This document shows, one piece after another, positions 58,039-64,000 of a stretch of DNA of 64,000 nucleotides. The notes beneath the pieces are model-generated. The model was given only the letters and a program-made list of their open reading frames with translations, made no database searches and was not told where the DNA came from. The DNA comes from Zunongwangia sp. GTDB lineage: Bacteria > Bacteroidota > Bacteroidia > Flavobacteriales > Flavobacteriaceae. The DNA lies in NCBI RefSeq assembly GCF_048269745.1, contig NZ_JBLXIB010000012.1, positions 25,158 through 89,157 of the forward strand. Reading direction: 5' to 3'. Within the stretch, counting starts at the first letter, position 1. The number at the start of each line of letters is the position of its first letter. The translations under genes were made by a program, and so were the position numbers.

Positions 58039-58379
58039 TCGGTTTAAATAAGGCACGAGCCGTTTATACACTGTTGTAAGATTTTTTATATTTATATTAA
58101 TTTTTTATGTTTTATCAAGTTATCAAAAATTTCCGAAGAAATGAGCATTGCAGCTGACGGTTTCTTTCTGTTAAGATTAAAATAACTTCATATCGAAATG
58201 TAAAATTATAAAGTCAATATTTAAGAATTTTGATTCTTTTGTGAATTGTTCTTTATCAATGTATTCTCAACCTTTTCTATGCAATAAAACCGTTCTGATT
58301 TTATCATTTTCTAATTCAAATAACTTTTAAAAATCACCTTTGGTCTATAGATTTTCTATAGTCAAGATACTGACTTGTT

Positions 58380-59120
58380 TCACTTTATTAAAAAATTAGT
58401 AAGTATTGAGTTAAATACTTCTGAGTTATCTATCAATGATAAATGTCCTGCTTCTGGAATTACACGAAATTTTGCATTTGGTATTATTTTGGAAGCAGCT
58501 TCACCATATTTAACAGTGAATAATTTATCTTCCTTTCCCCAGATGATAAGAGTTTCATTTTCTATTTTAGATAATGACTCCTCTGGTATTTTGGAAACAG
58601 CGGCTCCTCGGCCTTTCCTGAAAGCATTTTTCCCTCCTTTATCTTTAATAACTGCAATTGAGTAGAGTCTGTGGTTAGGATCTCTTTTTTTAGGAGTGTG
58701 AAGTATATAATTGGAGTTAAACCAATCTGCTACTGAGGAAGGGGAATTATTTAGCCATACCATACCGACCATAGGTCAAAAAGAGACTTTTGCCCCCAAG
58801 CCTGCAGCATTAACTAAAACAAGTTTGTTCACCATATTAGGGTTATCCATAACAAACTGTAAAGCAATAGCTCCTCCTTGAGAGAACCCAACGAGATTGG
58901 CCTTTGATATTTTCAATTTTTCCATGAAACCTTTGAGCCATTTGGCGAAATATGGCCGATTATATGGAACATTATTAGGTTTATCTGATTCTCCATATCC
59001 AACTATATCTGGTGCTATTACTTGAAAATACTTAGAAAGAATACTAATTGACGGATACCAAGTAACACTACCTGCACCCGTACCGTGTAGTAAAATTACA
59101 GGGTAACCGTTTCCAGCCAA
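58380..59120 (-). pseudogene. Alpha/beta-fold hydrolase interrupted by an in-frame TGA
   Basis: ORFs 58776..59120 and 58380..58772 are in the same frame and separated only by a TGA at 58776-58778. The N-terminal part carries HGTGAGS and the nucleophile elbow GFSQGG. The C-terminal part carries the catalytic His region (PEAGHLS). Confidence 0.65.
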
Positions 59121-59385
59121 CAGATATTTTGTTTTAATTTTCTTTACAGTTACTTCTTTTTGTTCAACTGTTCTATCTATCTTTTCTATTAGTTTTTTTC
59201 TATATGTTTTTTATTCATTCTTATCTTTAAATTTAGTTATAACGTTATTAATTCCAAGTTTTTTTGGTTTTATAAAGTCAAATTAACAGATTTTAAAATC
59301 CATTAAATTTTTATAAAACTTTAGAGTGGGGAAGAAGATATATTAATTCTAGCCAGTATTGCTAACTGTATTTATTTTATAAATT

Positions 59386-60218
59386 CTAAGGCTTTAATTG
59401 TAATTTCTTTTTCTTAGTTATAGGGAATAATTCTTTGTTTGTGTTTTCATTAGGTTCAATATTGGTAGTAAAAAAGTATGTGTTGTTTTTGTTTGAATAT
59501 AACCTACAAACCATTGTAGTTTCTATTTCTAATGGATAAACCAGTTTTTGCGTATAATTTATATCTTTCCTTTTCTTCAATAAAAGAGATTCTCTTTAGG
59601 ATTTCTTCAGTCCTTTTAGAAATTTTTAATTCTGAATTAACCAGGCGTTTTAAAAAAATTATTTATTGAAATTGATTGATTTTTGATATTCCTTCTAATC
59701 AGAATATGTCTAAATTTTTTGAAGTAATATTCATCTCTCCAAATTGTGCTTTTTGAAATATTCATTCATCCTTTTTTTTCCAATTTTATTGGCAATTTCT
59801 TGGTAACAAGGAATACAAGAATATTGAAAAGTATCTTTTAATATTAAATCTTGCTCTCAAATTTTATAAGCTCTTTTTTCTCCATTCCATTTAAATAATG
59901 TACTGTTATTTTCAACAACTTCAGTTTCTAAAGCAATTATAGAATGCAGAATTTTATATATAGAAGCGCGTAAATGGCCTATTTTAGCCCAATTAAAGTT
60001 ATTTGAGTAGAACAATCTTTTTGTGCATCATAAATCAGTATAGAACCATTTACATTACTTGAGTTTATAATTGATTGAAATTCGGGCTTAAGTATTTCTT
60101 TTGTATTTGTTGTTTTATTAAAAGAAATTAAAATACTTATAGTTAAGATAATATTTAAGATTACGGCTACAAAGCCAAGAATATTATTGAAAAACAGTTT
60201 GAATCTGTATTCAAACAT
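59386..60218 (-). pseudogene. Decayed class D (OXA-like) beta-lactamase / BlaR1-sensor-type penicillin-binding domain gene
   Basis: Minus-strand fragments in three different frames read in order. MFEYRFKLFF(TM)...GSILIYDAQKD. Then HLRASIYKILHSIIALETEVVENNSTLFKWNGEKRAYKI* (SxxK = SIYK). Then ..YQEIANKIGKKRMNEYFKKHNLER*. Then ...NNTYFFTTNIE. These are colinear with OXA motifs STFK...ALETG...FKWDGK.R...YQ.IAREVG..RM..YLKKF.YGN...WFFA.N. Confidence 0.6.
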
Positions 60219-60244
60219 TCTTAATGATACTAAATAATGGATGT

Positions 60245-60823
60245 TTATTGTATGTTTTCTCCTAAATGCAATATTTTATCCAACCATTTTTTCTTAAAAT
60301 CAGAACTTGAATTTTTAATTGGTGAAATATAAGTTACTTTAACAGGATTAATCCCACAAAATTGCAAAGTTCCTTTTTTAAATTGATTTATAGCTGGCCT
60401 TTTCATAATTAAATAATCATACCATTTTGGTGTGTCAGCCGTAATAATTAAACGTGCTGATTTTCCTTTTAAAAGCTTCTCAGGTAATGGTTTTCCCTCA
60501 ATTGGCTGATAAGTAATTCCAGGTAAAAATGTTCTGTCAATAAATCCTTTCATTAATGCAGGGTAGCCATACCACCACATTGGGAATATCCATACAATAT
60601 GGTCTGCTTTTTTTATTTTCTCAATTGCATTGACCAAATCGGGTTCTAATTCCATTCTTTTTCGATAGCCAAATTTCAAGTTAGGATTAAATTTTAATTC
60701 AGAAATGTTAATTTGAGTCAATTTAGATTCGGTTTTATTTGCTCCTTTTATATAAGCTTCTGATAAAGCATAATTAAAACTCTCTTTATCAGGGTGTCCA
60801 TTAATTATAAGTACTTGTTTCAT
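60245..60823 (-). CDS. NAD(P)H-dependent oxidoreductase, flavodoxin-like fold (MdaB/KefF/NQO family)
   Basis: MKQVLIINGHPDKESFNYALSEAY... The flavodoxin-like quinone reductase signature is clear in the 192-aa sequence. Confidence 0.75.
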   Translation of the reverse strand: MKQVLIINGHPDKESFNYALSEAYIKGANKTESKLTQINISELKFNPNLKFGYRKRMELEPDLVNAIEKIKKADHIVWIFPMWWYGYPALMKGFIDRTFLPGITYQPIEGKPLPEKLLKGKSARLIITADTPKWYDYLIMKRPAINQFKKGTLQFCGINPVKVTYISPIKNSSSDFKKKWLDKILHLGENIQ

Positions 60824-60881
60824 GTTTATTCTATTTTTTTCAAAGAACTATACATTTAAATTACTTTAAAAGGACATTTGT

Positions 60882-61445
60882 CTAATTTGAAATGGACTTT
60901 CTTATTCGGCTCAAATGTCTTTGAGTAATGCCCAAATATGAAGAAAGATAATTAAGAGGGATTAACTGTAAATATTCTGGTTGATTGGTTAGTAAATCGA
61001 GATATCGTTTTTCAGCTGTTTCCATTTGTAACATGAAAATTCTTTTTTCCAGTTTGATATATTCTTGCTCAGCCATCATTTTAAAAAACTTTAACCAATT
61101 AGTACTAGATTGTTCTAGTTTTAAAAGCTGATCTCTTGATATTGTTAAAATTTCAGTATCGGTTAGAGCTTGAATATTCTCTAAAGTTTTATTTTGAGAC
61201 AAAAATGAAGAGTAGGCACTTACAAATGAATTAGAAAAAGTAAAGCAATAGGTTACTTCTGCTTCCATAGATGAGTGGTAAAATGATCTAAATAATCCAG
61301 AGACTACAAACCCTACTTCTTTACAAGTTTTACCTTCTTTAATGAAAAAATCTCCTTTTTTTAATTTTTTACGAACTACTTTTTGTTCAAAAAAATCGAT
61401 TTCATCCTTAGTAAGAATTTTAAATGTTTCTAAATACTTTTTCAT
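60882..61445 (-). CDS. Crp/Fnr-family transcriptional regulator
   Basis: cNMP-binding beta-roll (KKGDFFIKEGKTCKEVGFVVSGLFR) plus a C-terminal HTH (LSSYLGITQRHLSRIRK). Confidence 0.85.
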   Translation of the reverse strand: MKKYLETFKILTKDEIDFFEQKVVRKKLKKGDFFIKEGKTCKEVGFVVSGLFRSFYHSSMEAEVTYCFTFSNSFVSAYSSFLSQNKTLENIQALTDTEILTISRDQLLKLEQSSTNWLKFFKMMAEQEYIKLEKRIFMLQMETAEKRYLDLLTNQPEYLQLIPLNYLSSYLGITQRHLSRIRKSISN

Positions 61446-61590
61446 TTTATTAATTACTAACTATTGCCTTTTTGGGAAAGGCATCAGGTTTAAAGCTACT
61501 AACTTTTACATGACACTTAATTTTGACTTATATTTTAAGATAACGAAGAGTTGCCATTGTTTCTAAATAATGCTTTCTTCTCAACTTTTT

Positions 61591-62124
61591 TTATGGTGTC
61601 TTAATTTTTGAATAAATGTCTAAACTTATAAATTTTCCATTTTTAATTTCACAATCTTTCATTGTTCCTTCATATTGAAAATCAAGTTTTGACATGGCAT
61701 TTTTACAATTTGTATTATCCGATTCTACAAAACCTTCAATTCTATGAAGTCCTAATTTATCAAAACCGTAGTTACATATTAGTGGCATTGCTTCTTTCAT
61801 AATGCCTTTTCCCCAAAAATCGGTTAGTAGCCAAAAACCAATTTCTGCTTTTTTATGTTCTTTACTCAAATCATTTAATCCACCTGCGCCGTAAAAAGTT
61901 TTATTATCTAACGAACAAACAGCAAACCACATTCCCGTTCCTTTTTTCTCAAGCTCAGTAAACCAATTCATTTGTTCTTTTGTAGCTTCTATACTGTCAA
62001 AACTAATTCCGTAATGCTTAATGATATCAGGATGAGAAAGTCCTTTGAAAACTTTTTCAATATCACTTTTAACAAATTGTCTTAGTAAAAGTCTATCGCT
62101 TTTTATCTTCTTTGTGTTATTCAT
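61591..62124 (-). CDS. GNAT-family N-acetyltransferase (RimJ/RimL-like)
   Basis: LLLRQFVKSDIEKVFKGLSHPDII... and GNAT motif A (GFWLLTDFWGKGIMKEA). Confidence 0.8.
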   Translation of the reverse strand: MNNTKKIKSDRLLLRQFVKSDIEKVFKGLSHPDIIKHYGISFDSIEATKEQMNWFTELEKKGTGMWFAVCSLDNKTFYGAGGLNDLSKEHKKAEIGFWLLTDFWGKGIMKEAMPLICNYGFDKLGLHRIEGFVESDNTNCKNAMSKLDFQYEGTMKDCEIKNGKFISLDIYSKIKTP

Positions 62125-62366
62125 TTTCTTCAGATTATATTTTCAGAATAAACTTAACTTACTAGTTATTATAATTATTTTAATGGATATTTTCTCAATA
62201 GTGTTCTCTTTGTGTTTATATATTTTGTAGATCCCTTTTAGTTTAATAAAGCCATACAGAATCTAAGAAATAATAAGATTTTTATTTACTTAATATTGAT
62301 TTCAGCTATAATACTTTTCTTTAAAATATATTTCAGAATCAGAAGTTTTATTAACTAATTGAATAT

Positions 62367-62948
62367 TTACACGGACATAAATTTTTCTAATTTATTCGAG
62401 ACATTCAATATTCCTTTAAGCATTAAGGGCAATTTATTCTTTTTAGTGCTAATAACACTTTCTACCAATACAGGAAATATTAAGGATAGTAATACTATAA
62501 TTCCCCAAACCGGTATTATATTATAATGTAATATATTTATGATAGCTAAAATGTCTATAAACAAGGCAACAATGCCACCAAATAAAAAGCCTGGGTTATA
62601 TTTTTTAGTTTTTACAGTCAATACAATATGCTGTAATGAATTGAGTATTGTAAAATCAATTAAAAGCATCATCAATATTGAGCTAATAGTTAACCCTGGT
62701 ATTATATAACAGACTGAGGTCCATGCAAAACCAATAAAACTCAAAAGAAACAACCAAAGCCTAGTTCCTAAAATACTTTCTTTAATAACACCTTTTGGAT
62801 AATTTTTTTGATGATAGTGATAAATGTTCCATTCTTCCATCTCATGTATAAATAATATGAATGGAATCACAAAAAATAATTTTTCTAAAATCTCTATTTT
62901 AAAAATCACAACAAATAATTTAGGTAAATATTTATTTTCTCTTTTCAA
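62367..62948 (-). CDS. HXXEE-domain membrane protein
   Basis: The literal HEMEE motif sits at the N-terminal TM region. There are four to five TM helices. Confidence 0.6.
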   Translation of the reverse strand: MKRENKYLPKLFVVIFKIEILEKLFFVIPFILFIHEMEEWNIYHYHQKNYPKGVIKESILGTRLWLFLLSFIGFAWTSVCYIIPGLTISSILMMLLIDFTILNSLQHIVLTVKTKKYNPGFLFGGIVALFIDILAIINILHYNIIPVWGIIVLLSLIFPVLVESVISTKKNKLPLMLKGILNVSNKLEKFMSV

Positions 62949-62965
62949 AATTAGAGTAATGAGAT

Positions 62966-63712
62966 TTAAGAATCTTGAACGAAATAACTGTCCTTTAATA
63001 AAGTTTTCATATTCAATCCTGATATTTGATTAATAACTCTACTTAAATGGGCATAATCAGCAAATCCTGCTAAAAAAGCTGCTTCTGTTAAACTATATTT
63101 TTGCATAATATAGTAAACTGCTTTTTTAATTTTTATCCATAAAATATATCGTTGAATTGATAGGCCTGTTTGTTCTTTAAATAGCGAACGAATTCTACTT
63201 TTAGATAACGGAATGTCTCGAATCAATGTTTCTAAATTTGTATTGTGCGGATCCATCATTGATATTTTTTCAATTAACTGAAAAATCCTATTGTCAATCG
63301 TTCTTTTAGTAGGTGTTAAGTTTAAAAGTTCGAATATTCTATTTTCTAGGTTACTAGTCAATGTATCATTATTTGACATTTCAATCATTAAATCCATTAA
63401 AACTTTTCTTGAAATAGAAAGAGCTTGATAAGGCGTTCGAAAATTGTGAATTAACGTATTACCTAAATCAGTTGTTGGGTCAATTAAAATACAAAGTAAT
63501 GCACCATTGGTTGAAGTATGCCTATGTTGGACGTTTGAATGGATTATAAAACTTTTATCAGTATACTCTACATTTTCAATATAAAGCTTATAATTCCCAC
63601 TTAATACAATCCCTATCTGTATTGCGTAATGTTTATGATTTTTTGTTATAGATGATTTTCCTGAATATACTAATATTCCTTTGTCAACAAATATTTTTGT
63701 ATTATGTTTCAT
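62966..63712 (-). CDS. AraC-family transcriptional regulator
   Basis: N-terminal cupin-like sensing domain. C-terminal dual HTH (IRSLFKEQTGLSIQRYILWIKIKKA...AAFLAGFADYAHLSRVINQISG). Confidence 0.85.
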   Translation of the reverse strand: MKHNTKIFVDKGILVYSGKSSITKNHKHYAIQIGIVLSGNYKLYIENVEYTDKSFIIHSNVQHRHTSTNGALLCILIDPTTDLGNTLIHNFRTPYQALSISRKVLMDLMIEMSNNDTLTSNLENRIFELLNLTPTKRTIDNRIFQLIEKISMMDPHNTNLETLIRDIPLSKSRIRSLFKEQTGLSIQRYILWIKIKKAVYYIMQKYSLTEAAFLAGFADYAHLSRVINQISGLNMKTLLKDSYFVQDS

Positions 63713-64000
63713 TAGTTATTAGTAGCTATTGCTTTAAGAATTCTTAGTGAAAATACTTTTATTTTTTTGAATAGAAACCAAATTCTAAATTTGGCTATCA
63801 AATGAATATAAACAAAACTTTGAATAAGAAAAAAGTAAAATATGTTTCAGAAAAGGAATTTAAACTCTGCAATTTTATTGCATCATTTCAATGTTACGAA
63901 AAAATCTATATTTTCGGAATATGAGTTATCAAGGAAAAGGGAATTATAAAGTCAGCCATTTAAGTTGTCACCTAGTTTGTGTCGCAAAATATCATTATCC

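Noticed and set aside
58776-58778. The in-frame TGA in the alpha/beta hydrolase read as selenocysteine or programmed read-through.
   Set aside because: Alpha/beta hydrolases of this type are not known selenoproteins. The TGA falls in a linker between conserved blocks and not at a catalytic Cys position. No SECIS-like hairpin is apparent downstream. A nonsense mutation or sequencing error is more parsimonious.
59979-60218. The 79-aa ORF (minus strand) taken as a stand-alone small membrane protein gene.
   Set aside because: Its C-terminal residues (GSILIYDAQKD) continue colinearly, in other frames, into OXA-like beta-lactamase motifs. It is the N-terminal fragment of a frameshifted pseudogene and not an independent gene.

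Overview
This looks like a gene-dense, AT-rich chromosomal segment from a member of Bacteroidota, most likely a Flavobacteriia-type genome. The evidence is the TonB/SusC-SusD locus with an ECF sigma and FecR anti-sigma, a BshA bacillithiol gene, the DUF2157/DUF4401/GDYXXLXY membrane trio, and a GH3-beta-lactamase fusion. I found no tRNA, rRNA, CRISPR array, transposase or integrase.

- 1-28 kb: core envelope and metabolism genes. These are a 5'-truncated TamB, pfkA-mgsA, a PagL-like deacylase divergent from a PAP2 phosphatase, an aldo-keto reductase, RidA, an LptD-like protein, an AmiC-type amidase with a SPOR domain, MlaD, an Fe-S oxidoreductase pair, the GH3-beta-lactamase fusion, BshA, YdiJ, an LpxH-like phosphoesterase, AroC and a DAACS symporter.
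- 28-42 kb: the part I think is most worth chasing. A divergent XRE regulator precedes a co-directional five-gene cluster: a small YjfI/YbjN-like protein, PspA/IM30, a YqiJ/NfeD-like membrane protein, a 692-aa flotillin, and a 1622-aa cytoplasmic giant whose C-terminus is a MoxR/AAA_5-like P-loop ATPase. The cluster ends at a strong terminator. Convergent on it is the DUF2157-DUF4401-GDYXXLXY membrane trio, then a fluoride riboswitch upstream of a CLC-F antiporter and a DUF190 gene.
- 43-56 kb: a polysaccharide-utilisation-type locus (ECF sigma, FecR anti-sigma, SusC with an STN domain, SusD) whose enzymes are an M16 zinc peptidase and a metallophosphoesterase rather than glycoside hydrolases.
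- 56-64 kb: proline dehydrogenase with a divergent Lrp regulator, two decayed genes (an alpha/beta hydrolase split by an in-frame TGA and a multiply frameshifted class D/OXA-like beta-lactamase relic), then a Crp regulator with an NAD(P)H oxidoreductase, a GNAT acetyltransferase, an HXXEE membrane protein and an AraC regulator.

Every functional call comes from reading motifs and recalled family signatures in the supplied translations. No database search was run.
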